NCBI GenBank assembly: GCA_002719675.1
Contig: PBID01000016.1
Span: 76,021-140,020, forward strand
Length of the DNA: 64,000 nt
Reading direction: 5' to 3'
Source of the DNA: Chloroflexota bacterium
Lineage (GTDB): Bacteria > Chloroflexota > Dehalococcoidia > Lucifugimonadales > GCA-2719675
Below are positions 39,074-50,555 of this stretch, piece by piece (position 1 is the stretch's first letter; each line of letters begins with the position of its first letter). Made by a program: the position numbers and the translations under genes. Below the pieces are notes generated by a model, which had not been told where the DNA came from, ran no database searches, and saw nothing but the letters and a program-made list of their open reading frames with translations.

Positions 39074-39903
39074 TTAAGAAAATAATACACTAAAGGTAGG
39101 TTAAAAACAATTGAATCAATTCTATCTAATACTCCACCGTGACCTGGAATTAAATCACTCGAATTTTTTGTATTTAATAGCCTTTTGATTTTTGATTCCA
39201 TTAGATCTCCAATTTGCCCAAAAATACTGATGCCTACACCTAAAAGAAGGATTTTAATTATAGGTATTGAATCTGAGGTGCTTGAAAGTGTTAATTCATA
39301 GACTATTGTAGTAGTTAAAATTGAACCTATAAGATTCGCAATTGATCCTTCCCAAGTTTTTGTGGGGCTGAAAGAAGGTGCCAACATTTTTTTTCCTAAA
39401 AACTTTCCAAAAATTAACGCAAAGGTGTCTCCTATAGATGTAGATAAAAATATTAGAAGAAGCCATTCGAAACCATTTTGTTCTAAATTTCTGATTATAG
39501 GTGCAAAAGCTAATAATCCACTTACATAAAATGGCCCACATATTGAAATAATCCAAAATAAAGTTCTACTTTTTTTGTCTAATTTACTGATGCCCAATAA
39601 AAGTAATAGCAAAGAAGTTTTTGCTAATAACCACAGATATACAATGTTTAAATTAATGTTGGAATGAATTCCAGTTGCTGAGAAGATCAATATTGCTCCC
39701 CAGGAACTAGTGATAATAGGATTTATATGTATGTTTTCTTTTTTTGCCATTTTGCAAATTTCATAGATCGCGAAAAAGGCTATTATAGATGTAAATATTA
39801 CAAGTATTGGTATGTTTTTATAAGAATTTATCCAAATAATTAGGATCACTATTGGCAGGCCAACGAGAGTTGTAAGACTTCTTTGTATAAATTTTTCATT
39901 CAT
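39067..39903 (-). CDS. cdsA: Phosphatidate cytidylyltransferase
   Basis: SPTKTWEG, GDLMESKIKR, PGHGGVLDRIDS. Confidence 0.95.
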   Translation of the reverse strand: MNEKFIQRSLTTLVGLPIVILIIWINSYKNIPILVIFTSIIAFFAIYEICKMAKKENIHINPIITSSWGAILIFSATGIHSNINLNIVYLWLLAKTSLLLLLLGISKLDKKSRTLFWIISICGPFYVSGLLAFAPIIRNLEQNGFEWLLLIFLSTSIGDTFALIFGKFLGKKMLAPSFSPTKTWEGSIANLIGSILTTTIVYELTLSSTSDSIPIIKILLLGVGISIFGQIGDLMESKIKRLLNTKNSSDLIPGHGGVLDRIDSIVFNLPLVYYFLKW

Positions 39904-39923
39904 GATCAGAATCTTTTGGTAGG

Positions 39924-40628
39924 TTAATGTGTTGTTTTGCCATAACGCCTATGTCTTTCATTGTAATCTAATAATGCTTTTTTCATTTCTGTCTCATTAA
40001 AATCAGGCCATTTTACTTCAGTACAATAAAATTCAGCGTAATGAGATTTCCATAGGAAAAAATTACTTAAACGCATTTCTCCAGATGTTCTTATTATTAG
40101 ATCTACGTTAGGTAATTGACCCGAGTATAAGTATTCTTCAAAAAATTCTTGATTAATTTCATCAATATCAGGTTTCTCTTTTATGATTTTTTTTACTGCA
40201 TCCAGTATTTCTTCCCTTCCTCCAAAATCGAAAACAATATTTAGGTTCATCTTAGTATTATCTTTAGTAAAATTTTCAGCTTTTTGTATTTTTTCTTGAA
40301 TGTTTTTTGATAATCTATCTGGTCTTCCGATGTGTCTAACTCTAATGTTTTGATTTTTAAACCGTTGAATATCTTCGTCTAATGCTTGGTCCATGAGACT
40401 TAACAGGTATTTAATTTCTGAATTATTTCTTTGCCAATTTTCGTTTGAAAAAGCAAATAAGGATAAATTTTTAATTCCGAAGGTCAATGCATGATTTACA
40501 ACAGAATAAATGTTTTTCAGGCCTGCATAATGCCCTTCTTTTCGGGACAAACCTTTTTCAATTGCCCATCTTCCGTTTCCATCCATGATAATTGCTATAT
40601 GATTAGGTTTATCTTTTAATGGTGTCAT
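39924..40628 (-). CDS. uppS: Undecaprenyl diphosphate synthase
   Basis: HIAIIMDGNGRWA, FSNENW, IRTSGEMRLSNF, RRYG. Confidence 0.96.
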   Translation of the reverse strand: MTPLKDKPNHIAIIMDGNGRWAIEKGLSRKEGHYAGLKNIYSVVNHALTFGIKNLSLFAFSNENWQRNNSEIKYLLSLMDQALDEDIQRFKNQNIRVRHIGRPDRLSKNIQEKIQKAENFTKDNTKMNLNIVFDFGGREEILDAVKKIIKEKPDIDEINQEFFEEYLYSGQLPNVDLIIRTSGEMRLSNFFLWKSHYAEFYCTEVKWPDFNETEMKKALLDYNERHRRYGKTTH

Positions 40629-40636
40629 AGGTGGAA

Positions 40637-41206
40637 TTATTTATCGATTTCCATGATTTCATTAATTTTTGTTTTGGTTATATTTTCTACTTTATCAGTG
40701 AATGTACTAGTGATTGATTGAAGATCAGATTGTACAGTTTTACTTTCATCTTGAGATAATGATTTGTTTTTTTCCATATCTCTAAATTTATTCAAGTAAT
40801 TTTTTCGAATATTTCTAATAGTTACGTTTGTGTCTTCGGATTTTTTGTTAACCATTTTTACCAAAGTTTGTCTTCGCTCTGTAGATAAGGGAGGTATATT
40901 GATTCGAATCATAGATCCATCATTATTAGGAGAGAGACCTAGGTCCGAGATTTGTATAGCACGTTCAATTTCTTTAATGGATTGTTTATCCCATGGTTGT
41001 ATAAACAATGACATTGGTTCAGGTGTAGATATTGTACATAATTGCGTAAGAGGTGTTAGTGTTCCATAATAATCAACTTTAATATTTTGCAATAATTTGG
41101 GATCTGCTCTGCCTGTTCTTATTGAAGATAGTTCAGTTTCATAAAAAGCTATAGCTTTTTCCATTTCATTTTTTGTCTGATTGAGAGTTTCTGTTTCTAT
41201 TGACAT
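40637..41206 (-). CDS. frr: Ribosome recycling factor
   Basis: IRTGRA, VDYYG, IPPLSTERR, IRNIR. ATG 41206 has GGAG upstream. Confidence 0.96.
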   Translation of the reverse strand: MSIETETLNQTKNEMEKAIAFYETELSSIRTGRADPKLLQNIKVDYYGTLTPLTQLCTISTPEPMSLFIQPWDKQSIKEIERAIQISDLGLSPNNDGSMIRINIPPLSTERRQTLVKMVNKKSEDTNVTIRNIRKNYLNKFRDMEKNKSLSQDESKTVQSDLQSITSTFTDKVENITKTKINEIMEIDK

Positions 41207-41264
41207 TTTGTACTCCCCATATTTATTTTGTAATAACAAAGTGAATTCAATTCAAGTGATGAAA

Positions 41265-41996
41265 TCATTCATTTTTAACTATTGATCCAATTTTCATTCC
41301 AGATATTGCTTCTAATAAACTATTTTTTTTAAATATATCGAATACTATGATAGGTATTTTATTGTCCATACAAAGAGAAAGAGCTGTAGTATCCATTACG
41401 TCAAGACGTTTTTCTAAGACTTCTCTATGAGTAATAGAGTCATATTTTTTTGCATTTTTTATTACGTTAGGATCCTGTTCATAGATACCATCTGCTTTGT
41501 GTTTAGCCATTAATAAAATTTTTGCATCTATTTCGGTAGCCCTTAAAGCAGCAGCAGTGTCAGTGGTCATAAATGGATTTCCAGTTCCAGAAGCAAAAAT
41601 TACAACTCTAGATTTTTCAAGGTGTCTTATTGCTCTTCTTCGGATGTAAGGTTCGGCAACTTGCGCTACATTTATAGCAGTTTGTGTTCTGGTTTTCACA
41701 TTATTTTTTCTTTCAAGAGCGTCTTGCAATGCAAGAGCATTAATTATTGTTGCTAACATTCCAGCGTAATCTGCTTGTGCTCTATCCATGCCTTCTTTTT
41801 GTGCCTGTGCGCCTCTCCAAATATTTCCACCACCAACCACTATCCCAATTTCTACTCCAAGTTTGTAAACTGTTTTGATTTCTGAAGCCATATAGTCTAG
41901 AGAATCTCGATCGATTGTGTATCCATCATGGATGCTTTTAAAGGACTCTCCGCTAAGTTTTAGAAGGATTCTTGAATATTTTGCTGAAGGTTTCAA
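41265..41996 (-). CDS. pyrH: UMP kinase
   Basis: [33 protein letters not shown]. Confidence 0.97.
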   Translation of the reverse strand: MKPSAKYSRILLKLSGESFKSIHDGYTIDRDSLDYMASEIKTVYKLGVEIGIVVGGGNIWRGAQAQKEGMDRAQADYAGMLATIINALALQDALERKNNVKTRTQTAINVAQVAEPYIRRRAIRHLEKSRVVIFASGTGNPFMTTDTAAALRATEIDAKILLMAKHKADGIYEQDPNVIKNAKKYDSITHREVLEKRLDVMDTTALSLCMDNKIPIIVFDIFKKNSLLEAISGMKIGSIVKNE

Positions 41997-42001
41997 TATT
42001 T

Positions 42002-42505
42002 TCAGTCTCCTAGAGAGAATCGTGTGAATCTACGAACTTTAATATTTTCTCCGACTTTTACTATAGTTTGTTGAACTAAATCATTAATTGATATTTCTGG
42101 ATCTTTGATAAATGTTTGTTTTAGTAGAACATCTTCATCTTCGTTTATATCATCTTCCTTATTAGAATCAGATATTTCGATAATTTTTGGATTCATTGCT
42201 GCGACTTGCATGGCTAAATCGTGGGCAAGTAATTTGAAATCTTCAGTCCTTGCAACAAAATCTGTTTCGCAACTAATTTCAACAATAGATCCAACTTTAC
42301 CGCCGTTGTGAATATAGGATTCAATTAAACCTTCATTTGTTTCACGGGAGGCTTTTTTTGCTGCAGTAGCTATGCCTTTACTTTTAAGAAATTCTTCAGC
42401 TTTTGTTAAATCTCCATTACTTTTTTCTAATGCTTCCTTGCAATCTATGATTCCAGCGCTAGTCTTGTCTCTTAATTGTTTTATAGTTGATGCTGATACT
42501 TTCAT
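42002..42505 (-). CDS. tsf: Elongation factor Ts (short form)
   Basis: [35 protein letters not shown]. Confidence 0.96.
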   Translation of the reverse strand: MKVSASTIKQLRDKTSAGIIDCKEALEKSNGDLTKAEEFLKSKGIATAAKKASRETNEGLIESYIHNGGKVGSIVEISCETDFVARTEDFKLLAHDLAMQVAAMNPKIIEISDSNKEDDINEDEDVLLKQTFIKDPEISINDLVQQTIVKVGENIKVRRFTRFSLGD

Positions 42506-42524
42506 TTAGATACCTTGATAATAC

Positions 42525-43604
42525 TTAACTTTCTTTTTCAGGAGTAGGTTTTTTATTTCCAGATTCTTTTTCAGGAGTAGGTTTTTTATTTCCAGACTCT
42601 TTTTTAGGAGCAGGGTTTTTACTTTCAGGTTCTTTTTTAGGAGTAGGTTTTTTAGATGTCTCATCTTTATTTTTTTCATCTTTTTCAGAAGAAATTTTTT
42701 GTTTTTCAGCTTTTTCGATTTCTTTTTGTTTAGCTATTTCAGCTAATTTTTCTAATCTTAACTGACATCCATAAATATAGTTGTCAACAATTAAAGATGT
42801 TGCAAGCTGAATAGATCGGATAGCATCGTCGTTTCCAGGTAAAACATGTGCTACCGGAGTTGGATCCCCATCTGTATCTACTAGAGCAATAATTGGGATA
42901 TTTAATTTGCTAGCCTCTTTAACAGCAATATCTTCTTTAGCAATATCAACAATAAACAGAGCATCAGGAATCTTTTTCATATCTTTGATTCCGCCGAAAT
43001 GTTTTTGCAATCTTGATAAATTCTTTTCAATTTTTTGAGTTTCACGTTTTGTTAATTCAAAAATGGATTTTGTTTGAGGTTTGTTTCCAGATTTATTGCT
43101 CTCCAGTTTATTTAGATCGCTAATTCTTTTTTTGATTGTTTCAAAGTTTGTTAAAGTACCACCTAGCCAGCGGTTAGTAACGTAAAATCCTCCCGCTTTG
43201 TTAGCACCATTTATTATCGATTCTTGTGCTTGTTTTTTAGTTCCAACAAATAATATTTTTCCACCACTCAAGCCTAATTCCATAACAAATTTGGCAACTT
43301 CTTTGGTTAAACGTAAAGTTTGTTGGAGGTCAATAATATGTATTCCGTTTCTTTCAGCAAAAATATATTTTTTCATTTTTGGATTCCATCTTTTCCTTTG
43401 GTGCCCAAAATGAACTCCTGCTTCCAATAAAGCTTTCATTGTTATCGGTTTGGGAGGATTTTCAACAGAAATATTTCCGTCAGATTGACCAGTACTTTTA
43501 GATTGGTCAAGGTTTTGTTGACCAGTATCTATAGTTTCATTTTTTTTAGATGTTTCAACATCTAGAGATTCAGTTCCTACATTTTCTGTAGCTTCTTGTT
43601 CCAT
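42525..43604 (-). CDS. rpsB: 30S ribosomal protein S2 with N- and C-terminal low-complexity extensions
   Basis: LLEAGVHFGH..WNPKM, FVGTK, RWLGGTLTN, PGNDDAIRS. Confidence 0.97.
   Translation of the reverse strand: MEQEATENVGTESLDVETSKKNETIDTGQQNLDQSKSTGQSDGNISVENPPKPITMKALLEAGVHFGHQRKRWNPKMKKYIFAERNGIHIIDLQQTLRLTKEVAKFVMELGLSGGKILFVGTKKQAQESIINGANKAGGFYVTNRWLGGTLTNFETIKKRISDLNKLESNKSGNKPQTKSIFELTKRETQKIEKNLSRLQKHFGGIKDMKKIPDALFIVDIAKEDIAVKEASKLNIPIIALVDTDGDPTPVAHVLPGNDDAIRSIQLATSLIVDNYIYGCQLRLEKLAEIAKQKEIEKAEKQKISSEKDEKNKDETSKKPTPKKEPESKNPAPKKESGNKKPTPEKESGNKKPTPEKES
42531..42653. repeat. 33-bp coding tandem repeat (about 3.7 copies) in the rpsB 3' end
   Basis: ttctttttcaggagtaggttttttatttccaga is identical at 42531-42563 and 42564-42596, followed by degenerate copies; encodes SGNKKPTPEKE-like units. 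Confidence 0.9.
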
Positions 43605-43746
43605 TTGATTTACCTGCCTATATCAGTACAAAGATTTATACTATACTTCCTCAACATATGTTTGGAAAAATGTAATTAAGTTAGATAGTATTTACTTGAG
43701 TATAGCATATTGGCAAATTACTAGTAAATTTTATATATGTAATTAT

Positions 43747-46503
43747 CTAAATTAAATTAGATTTTAGTTGGACATTAATAGGTGTCATTTCTCCCCAATT
43801 AATTCCTGATTTTATATCAATTTCTAGTGGTACTAGTAGCTTAAGAGAAGTACTCATGATTTTCGTTGCTAAATTAGCCATTTCCACCAACTCATTTTTG
43901 GGGACTTCAAAGATTAATTCATCATGAACTTGTATAGTAATGGTACTTTTCAGATTTTGTTCTAAAAGTTCTTTTTGAATGTTAATCATGGCTAATTTAA
44001 TTATTTCTGCTGCTGTTCCTTGAATTGGCATATTAACAGCCATTCTTTCTGCAGATGCTCGAATTCTAAAATCTTTTGAATGTATTTCTGGTAGATATCT
44101 TCTTTTACCTAAAATTGTTTGGGTATATCCATTTTCTTTGACCATTGATTTTGTATCTTCGATATATTTTAGAATTCCAGGGAACTCTTTAAAATATGTT
44201 TCTGTAAAAATTTTACCTTGATCAGGTGTTAATCCAGTTTGCTGGCTAATGCCATAGGGGCTAAGTCCGTAAATTACACCAAAATTCATTATTTTGGCAA
44301 TTCTTCTCATTTCTTGGGAGATGTTTTCAATAGGAATTTTGTAAATTTTTGATGCTGTCGAGGCATGAATATCTATTCCATTTTTAAAAGACTTGAGAAG
44401 ATTGTTATCTTTTGTAAAATGAGCTAAAACTCTTAGTTCTATCTGAGAATAATCAGCTGACATCAATACTGACTTTTGTTGAGACTGTGTGATGAATGCT
44501 TTTCTTACTCTAAGTCCTAAATCGGTTTTGATAGGTATGTTTTGGACGTTAGGTTCAGCACTTGAAATTCTTCCAGTAGTAGTCCCGGTTTGATTGTATA
44601 CAGTGTGTAGTTTCCCAGATTTCGTGTCGATTAATTTGGGTATAGTATCTACATATGTAGATTTAATTTTTGTAAGATGCCTGTATTTAAGAATATTTTC
44701 TAGGATTTCAAATGTTTGCGGATTTTCTTTATTTACAAGGTTTTGGAGAGTTATTAAAGAAGAAGCATCAGTAGAGAAACCTGTTTTTGTTTTTTTCATT
44801 TTAGGTAAATTTAGTTTGTCGAACAAAATTTCAGAAAGCTGCTGAGAAGAACTGATATTAAATTTTTCACCCACAGATGAATAGACTTTTTGAGTAATCA
44901 TTTCGATTTCATCTGATAATTCTTTAGACATATTGTTTAGATATTCAGCATTAATGGATATTCCATTGGATTGAATTTGATGTAAAACATATATAAATTC
45001 CATCTCAATATCATAAAAAATTTCGGTTAGTTTTTTCTCTTGAATTTCTTTGTTTAGATATGAGTACAATTTCCAGGTTAAATTTGATTGGTTGGTTGAA
45101 TAACTAGCAAAATCTATTAGGTTAAGGCTTGAAAGCTGTTTCTTTAAATCGTTGAAATCCATATATTTATTTGGTGTTTGATATTTTAAGCATTCTGCAG
45201 CTAGATCTGGAATTGTTTTTGATTGATATCCCAATAAATGAGCAGCTATTATATTGTCGAATTTCAAGTTATTAATTTTAATTCCATTATCAGATAAAAT
45301 TTTAATAATTTGATTGCTATTGGTAGTGATTTTAGGTATAAATTTATTTTCGAAGAGGGGTTTTATTGTTTTAATCACATCCGATATTGGGATCTGTTCC
45401 TCATTTATATGGTTGATGGGTATATACCAACCTTCGTTGATGCTATTAAAAAAAGAAATCCCCAAGATTTTTGAATCAGATAAATTTTCTGAGTATATTT
45501 CTACAGAGAAAGAAAAACCTTTGTTTTGTTTGTTAAATTCATCACAAACTTTTTCTAGATCTGCATTTGATTGGATTATTTTGAAATTATGAGAATCTTG
45601 GTTCTTTTTGTCTGATTGAGGAATTTTATTAATCAAGCTAAAAAAACCAAAATCTGTGATGGTTTTTGTAATTTTAACTTGATCAAAATCTCGGAATTTT
45701 GATTGATCTAAAGTAAAATTTAATGGAACATCAGTAACTATTTTTGTAAGAAATTTATAATTTATTAGTTCGTTTTTAGAATTTTCAATATTGTTTTTTA
45801 TTCTGGGCGGGCTTATGTGATCTATGTTTTCTAATATTCCTTCAATTGAGTGAAATTTTTTCAGAAGTTCAATTGCAGTTTTAGAACCTACTCCTGGAAC
45901 TCCAGGGATAGCATCAGATTTATCTCCCTCTAATGCTTTGATATCTGCTACTGATTCCGGGCCTAGGCCTCCATATCTTTTTTTGACCATTTCAATGTCG
46001 TAAATTGGATTTTTTTTAGTTGTAGAATTAAATAGTACTTTCACATTTTCAGAAACGAGTTGGAATGTATCTGAATCGCTTGTTACAATTAAAGAAGGAA
46101 TTCCTAATTCTTCTGCTTTGATGGATAGTGTTCCAATTAAGTCGTCAGCTTCAAAGCCTTCATGTTCAAGATATGGAATTCCAAGATCTTGGATGATTTT
46201 TTTAATAGGAGGAAATTGTGCAATTAGTTCTGGTGGAGCTTTTGGGCGATCTTTTTTGTAGTCTTGAAAATTGATATGTCGGAAAGTTGGTTTAGGCAAA
46301 TCAAAAGTCACCACACAATGAGATGGATTAAAAGTATTTATAGCATTTAAAATTTGTGACGTAAATCCGTATACTCCATGGATTGGATCAGAAGTTCCAG
46401 GGAATGTCATTGGGAATTTTATTCCGTGCCAAGCTCTATAAACAATTGAATGTCCATCAATTATTAGAAGTAACTTTTTTTCGCTTAAATTATCTTGAGT
46501 CAT
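43747..46503 (-). CDS. polA: DNA polymerase I
   Basis: 5'-3' exonuclease (IDG, EADD, GDKSDAIPGV) and polymerase motifs TGRISS, DYSQIELR, AKIMNFG..YG, QVHDEL. Confidence 0.97.
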   Translation of the reverse strand: MTQDNLSEKKLLLIIDGHSIVYRAWHGIKFPMTFPGTSDPIHGVYGFTSQILNAINTFNPSHCVVTFDLPKPTFRHINFQDYKKDRPKAPPELIAQFPPIKKIIQDLGIPYLEHEGFEADDLIGTLSIKAEELGIPSLIVTSDSDTFQLVSENVKVLFNSTTKKNPIYDIEMVKKRYGGLGPESVADIKALEGDKSDAIPGVPGVGSKTAIELLKKFHSIEGILENIDHISPPRIKNNIENSKNELINYKFLTKIVTDVPLNFTLDQSKFRDFDQVKITKTITDFGFFSLINKIPQSDKKNQDSHNFKIIQSNADLEKVCDEFNKQNKGFSFSVEIYSENLSDSKILGISFFNSINEGWYIPINHINEEQIPISDVIKTIKPLFENKFIPKITTNSNQIIKILSDNGIKINNLKFDNIIAAHLLGYQSKTIPDLAAECLKYQTPNKYMDFNDLKKQLSSLNLIDFASYSTNQSNLTWKLYSYLNKEIQEKKLTEIFYDIEMEFIYVLHQIQSNGISINAEYLNNMSKELSDEIEMITQKVYSSVGEKFNISSSQQLSEILFDKLNLPKMKKTKTGFSTDASSLITLQNLVNKENPQTFEILENILKYRHLTKIKSTYVDTIPKLIDTKSGKLHTVYNQTGTTTGRISSAEPNVQNIPIKTDLGLRVRKAFITQSQQKSVLMSADYSQIELRVLAHFTKDNNLLKSFKNGIDIHASTASKIYKIPIENISQEMRRIAKIMNFGVIYGLSPYGISQQTGLTPDQGKIFTETYFKEFPGILKYIEDTKSMVKENGYTQTILGKRRYLPEIHSKDFRIRASAERMAVNMPIQGTAAEIIKLAMINIQKELLEQNLKSTITIQVHDELIFEVPKNELVEMANLATKIMSTSLKLLVPLEIDIKSGINWGEMTPINVQLKSNLI

Positions 46504-46573
46504 TAGAATTCTATTAAAAAACCAGTCAAAATTAAATATCTGAATTTGTATCAGTATATTAGACTAAAAATTA

Positions 46574-47995
46574 TTAAAAGTTTAGTTTTGATTCCATGTC
46601 AGAAATAATTTTTCTTGCTAATTTATTGGTTCTTGCTTCGCAATACAATCTGATTAATGGTTCTGTACCGGAAAATCTTATAGCTGCCCAGTTATCATTT
46701 TTTAGAATAAATTTATATCCATCTATTGAATTGATTTGTAGAATATCAATGCCCCCCAACTGGGAGATATTATCATTGATTAAATTTTTTACAATTTCTT
46801 GATTGGCTTTGGTGCTATTTTTAAGTTGTATGTCTTCTCTTGTATAATAGAATTCACCAGAAATATTTTTAAGTTTTTTTAAAATTTTTGGGATTGTATA
46901 TTCTGTTTTTGATAAAAATTCTAATATTTTTAATCCACTTAAGATACCATCTCGCTCACCTATAGCTCCGTTAAAAGCAAAGCCACCGCTTTCTTCGCCA
47001 GCCAGTACAGCTTTTTTTTCCAACATTTTTTCAGACAAATGTTTGAATCCAACTGGAGTTTCAAAAGTTTTGATATTAAAAAAATTACAAATTGAATTGA
47101 TCTTATGGCTCATTGTAATGGATTTTACTATCGGGCCTGAATTTTTTTTGATTTCAATTTCATAATAGCAAAGAATAGAAAAGACATCTGCTGAATTTAT
47201 GAATTGACCATTATTGTCTATCAATCCTAATCTATCACCGTCGCCATCTGTAGCTAAACCGACGTTAATTTTTTTTTCTCTCACTAATTGTTTTAGTTTG
47301 ACTAAATTTTCTTCTACTGGTTCAGGCGCTCTGATTCCAGGAAATTTAGGATTTTCTTCAGAGTTTATTTCATGTATTGACAGATTTTTATCAGAAAGAA
47401 TTTTTTTAATATAACCAGATCCGGCTCCAAACATTGAATCAATTGCTATTTGAATTTTACTTGATTTAATAGAATCTAAATCAATAATTTTTTTAATATT
47501 TGAGTAGTAATCTTCGTATGGAGAAAAGAAGGTCATATGATTCTTGTTCGAATTATTTTTATTAACTTCTTTATAGGATTTGATGTTTTGTATGTATTTT
47601 TCTAATAATAATTGTTCGCTTGGTTTTGCTGTTCCACCATATCCAGGCTTAAATTTCAATCCATTCCATTCACTAGGATTATGGCTAGCAGTCACCATAA
47701 TACCAGCTGAAGCTTTCTTTGTGATGATATTATGACCGATAAAGGGTGTTGGGCAAGGGGAGTCTGATAGTAATACTTTGAAACCATTTGAACAGGCGAT
47801 TTTACTGATTGTTAATGCAAACTCTTTAGATTTGAATCGTGTATCATAACCAACTATTAACAAGTTGTTTTTTGGTATAGTATCTTTTAAATAATTTAAT
47901 GTTCCTTGGGTAAAGACACCAACATTTTCAGTCGTAAAATCGGTATCGTTCATGATTCCACGCCAACCATCTGTGCCAAATTTAATTTGATTCAT
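46574..47995 (-). CDS. Phosphoglucomutase/phosphomannomutase family protein
   Basis: FGTDGWRG, TASHNP, DGDGDR, GEESGG, RFSGTEP. Confidence 0.94.
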   Translation of the reverse strand: MNQIKFGTDGWRGIMNDTDFTTENVGVFTQGTLNYLKDTIPKNNLLIVGYDTRFKSKEFALTISKIACSNGFKVLLSDSPCPTPFIGHNIITKKASAGIMVTASHNPSEWNGLKFKPGYGGTAKPSEQLLLEKYIQNIKSYKEVNKNNSNKNHMTFFSPYEDYYSNIKKIIDLDSIKSSKIQIAIDSMFGAGSGYIKKILSDKNLSIHEINSEENPKFPGIRAPEPVEENLVKLKQLVREKKINVGLATDGDGDRLGLIDNNGQFINSADVFSILCYYEIEIKKNSGPIVKSITMSHKINSICNFFNIKTFETPVGFKHLSEKMLEKKAVLAGEESGGFAFNGAIGERDGILSGLKILEFLSKTEYTIPKILKKLKNISGEFYYTREDIQLKNSTKANQEIVKNLINDNISQLGGIDILQINSIDGYKFILKNDNWAAIRFSGTEPLIRLYCEARTNKLARKIISDMESKLNF

Positions 47996-47996
47996 G

Positions 47997-49202
47997 TTAA
48001 AAGAATTTTTCTAAATCTTTTGCAAATTCTGTGTTTTCCCAAGGTAGAGATAGATCGCTTCTTCCAAAATGTCCGTAAGTTGCAGTTTGTTCGTAAATGG
48101 GATTTCTCAATCCTAACCTTGAAATAATTGCAGAGGGTCTTAAGTCAAAAACTTTTCTTATTGCACGTTCAATTTGGGAGTCTTTTATTTTGCCTGAACC
48201 GAATGTATTAACCATAATTGATACAGGTTCTGCTTTTCCGATTGCGTAGGATAATTGAACTTCTACTTTATTAGCAATTTCGGTTTCGATAATATTTTTA
48301 GCTATATGTCTTGAAGCATAAGCTGCTGATCTATCAACTTTTGTAGGATCTTTGCCTGAAAAAGCACCTCCACCATGTTTTGCTGCACCGCCATATGTAT
48401 CTACTATGATTTTCCTTCCTGTTAGACCAGCATCTCCAACAGGTCCCCCTATAACGAATCTTCCTGATGGATTAATGTAAATTTTTGTCTCTGAATCTAA
48501 TAAATCCGAATCAATCACTTCTTTGATGATTTTGTTATATAGATCATCTTTCATTTGATTATTGGTGACATTGTCATCATGTTGAGTTGAAATTAGGACA
48601 GTGTCAACTCTTTCAACTTGATGATTTTCGTTATATTCCAATGTTACTTGACTTTTAGAATCTGGTCTTAGGTAACTAATTTCATTAGATTTCCTGGCAA
48701 CACTCAATCTTTTTAGAAGGTCATGGGCTAAAGAGATAGCTAAAGGCATTTTTTCTTTTGTTTCATCACATGCATAACCAAACATCATTCCTTGATCACC
48801 GGCACCTTCTTGGTTAGTATTATCAGTTGATTGATCATTTCTATTTTCTAATGCAAGATCTACTCCAGCTTTAATATCTTGTGATTGTTTGCCAATGAAA
48901 TTGAATATTTTTATATTGTCAGGTGTATATCCATATTCTTCATTTGTGTAACCAATTTTTGTGATTGTATTTTTAATGATTTTTTCATAGTCAATGTTGG
49001 CATTTGTAGTGATTTCACCAAATACCATTGCAAAACCTGTTCCAACGGCAGTTTCACATGCAACACGACTCATATTATCTTGTTTAAAACATTCGTCTAA
49101 GACAGCATCTGAAATTTGGTCGCACATTTTATCTGGATGGCCCTCTGAAACAGATTCAGAAGTAAACAGATATGAAGTGGGTTTTGAAGAACTGTTAGGC
49201 AT
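47997..49202 (-). CDS. metK: S-adenosylmethionine synthase
   Basis: [48 protein letters not shown]. Confidence 0.98.
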   Translation of the reverse strand: MPNSSSKPTSYLFTSESVSEGHPDKMCDQISDAVLDECFKQDNMSRVACETAVGTGFAMVFGEITTNANIDYEKIIKNTITKIGYTNEEYGYTPDNIKIFNFIGKQSQDIKAGVDLALENRNDQSTDNTNQEGAGDQGMMFGYACDETKEKMPLAISLAHDLLKRLSVARKSNEISYLRPDSKSQVTLEYNENHQVERVDTVLISTQHDDNVTNNQMKDDLYNKIIKEVIDSDLLDSETKIYINPSGRFVIGGPVGDAGLTGRKIIVDTYGGAAKHGGGAFSGKDPTKVDRSAAYASRHIAKNIIETEIANKVEVQLSYAIGKAEPVSIMVNTFGSGKIKDSQIERAIRKVFDLRPSAIISRLGLRNPIYEQTATYGHFGRSDLSLPWENTEFAKDLEKFF

Positions 49203-49234
49203 TTTTAAAAACTCCTATAAAAAATTAGAGATTA

Positions 49235-50506
49235 TTAAGTTCCGATCGACCAACTAGTTAAATATTTTTGTTGTTGCGGAGTTAGTTTGTCTATGTACAT
49301 GTCCATAGATTGTAATTTTAGACTTCCGACCAAGTTATCTATTTCACTTGGAACATTGTGAACATCTAAATTTAGGTCTTTTGATTTTTGGGCTAAATAT
49401 TCTACGCATAAAGCTTGGTTTGCAAAAGACATATCCATTACTGCGGAAGGGTGTCCTTCAGCAGCAGCCAAATTAATTAATCTTCCTTCTCCAAGTAAAT
49501 AAAGCTTTCTTTTGTCAGGTAGAATATACTCATCTATATCATCGCTGATTTTATTTTTGGTTTTTGATAATTCTTCTAATCCTGAAATTTCAATTTCCAC
49601 ATTAAAATGACCGCTGTTAGCAATTATTGCTCCGTTTTTCATTAATTCAAAATGCGATTTTGATATAACGTTCATACAACCTGTTAAGGTAATAAATACA
49701 TCACCGATTTTAGATGCTTCAGACATTGACATAACTCTGTGACCGTCCATAGCAGCTTCTAGGGCTCTAGTAGGATTTACTTCTGTAACAATAGTATTTG
49801 CTCCCATTCCTCTGGCTCGAAGTGCAACTCCTTTACCGCACCATCCATATCCACAAATAACAATTGTTTTACCAGCCCATAGGATGTTTGTTGCTCTAGT
49901 TATTCCGTCTAAAGTGCTTTGTCCAGTCCCGTATCGGTTATCGAAAAGATGCTTTGTTTCAGCTTCATTTACGGCAATTATGGGATATTTAAGTTTGTTT
50001 TCTTTTGCAAGACTTTTTAATCGTATAACTCCAGTAGTTGTTTCTTCAGTGCCGCCAATTATGTTATCAAGTAAATTTGTTTTTTCTGTATGTAAAGTTG
50101 CTACTAAATCAGCGCCATCATCCATTGTGATATTGGGTTTTTGATCTAGTACTGAATTAATATGTTGATAGTATGTGTCATTATCAACATTATTAATAGC
50201 ATATGTTGCGATTCCATATTCGGTAGTTAATGCTGCAGCCACATCATCTTGAGTACTTAAAGGATTGCTAGCGCACAGATATACTTCAGCACCACCACTT
50301 TGCAAGGCTAAAGCAAGATTAGCAGTTTCGCATGTGATGTGTAAACATCCCGATATTACGGTACCTTTTAAAGGTTGAGATTCTTTAAATTGTTTTTTTA
50401 TTTGGTTTAAAACAGGCATTTCTTTCATAGCCCATTCTATTCTGTCGATACCTTGTTTTGCTAAAGATGAATCTTTTATATCACCTTTATCATTATTGTT
50501 TACCAT
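49235..50506 (-). CDS. ahcY: Adenosylhomocysteinase
   Basis: GCLH, NPLSTQD, EETTTG, KHLFDNRYGT, GYGWCGKG, NLAAAEGHP. Confidence 0.97.
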   Translation of the reverse strand: MVNNNDKGDIKDSSLAKQGIDRIEWAMKEMPVLNQIKKQFKESQPLKGTVISGCLHITCETANLALALQSGGAEVYLCASNPLSTQDDVAAALTTEYGIATYAINNVDNDTYYQHINSVLDQKPNITMDDGADLVATLHTEKTNLLDNIIGGTEETTTGVIRLKSLAKENKLKYPIIAVNEAETKHLFDNRYGTGQSTLDGITRATNILWAGKTIVICGYGWCGKGVALRARGMGANTIVTEVNPTRALEAAMDGHRVMSMSEASKIGDVFITLTGCMNVISKSHFELMKNGAIIANSGHFNVEIEISGLEELSKTKNKISDDIDEYILPDKRKLYLLGEGRLINLAAAEGHPSAVMDMSFANQALCVEYLAQKSKDLNLDVHNVPSEIDNLVGSLKLQSMDMYIDKLTPQQQKYLTSWSIGT

Positions 50507-50555
50507 TAATTTTCTCCTTTAGAATATAACCATTTTAAGATTGAGTTTTAAAAAT

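Noticed and set aside
42531-42653. 33-bp repeats as a CRISPR array
   Set aside because: They are tandem with no spacers, in frame within rpsB, and no cas genes are present.
43605-43746. Possible S2 autoregulatory leader upstream of rpsB
   Set aside because: Only a weak hairpin is visible; I cannot support it without a covariance model.
45480-45530. PolA 3'-5' exonuclease motif I looks degenerate (FSVEIYS)
   Set aside because: Loss of Pol I proofreading residues is common in many bacterial lineages.
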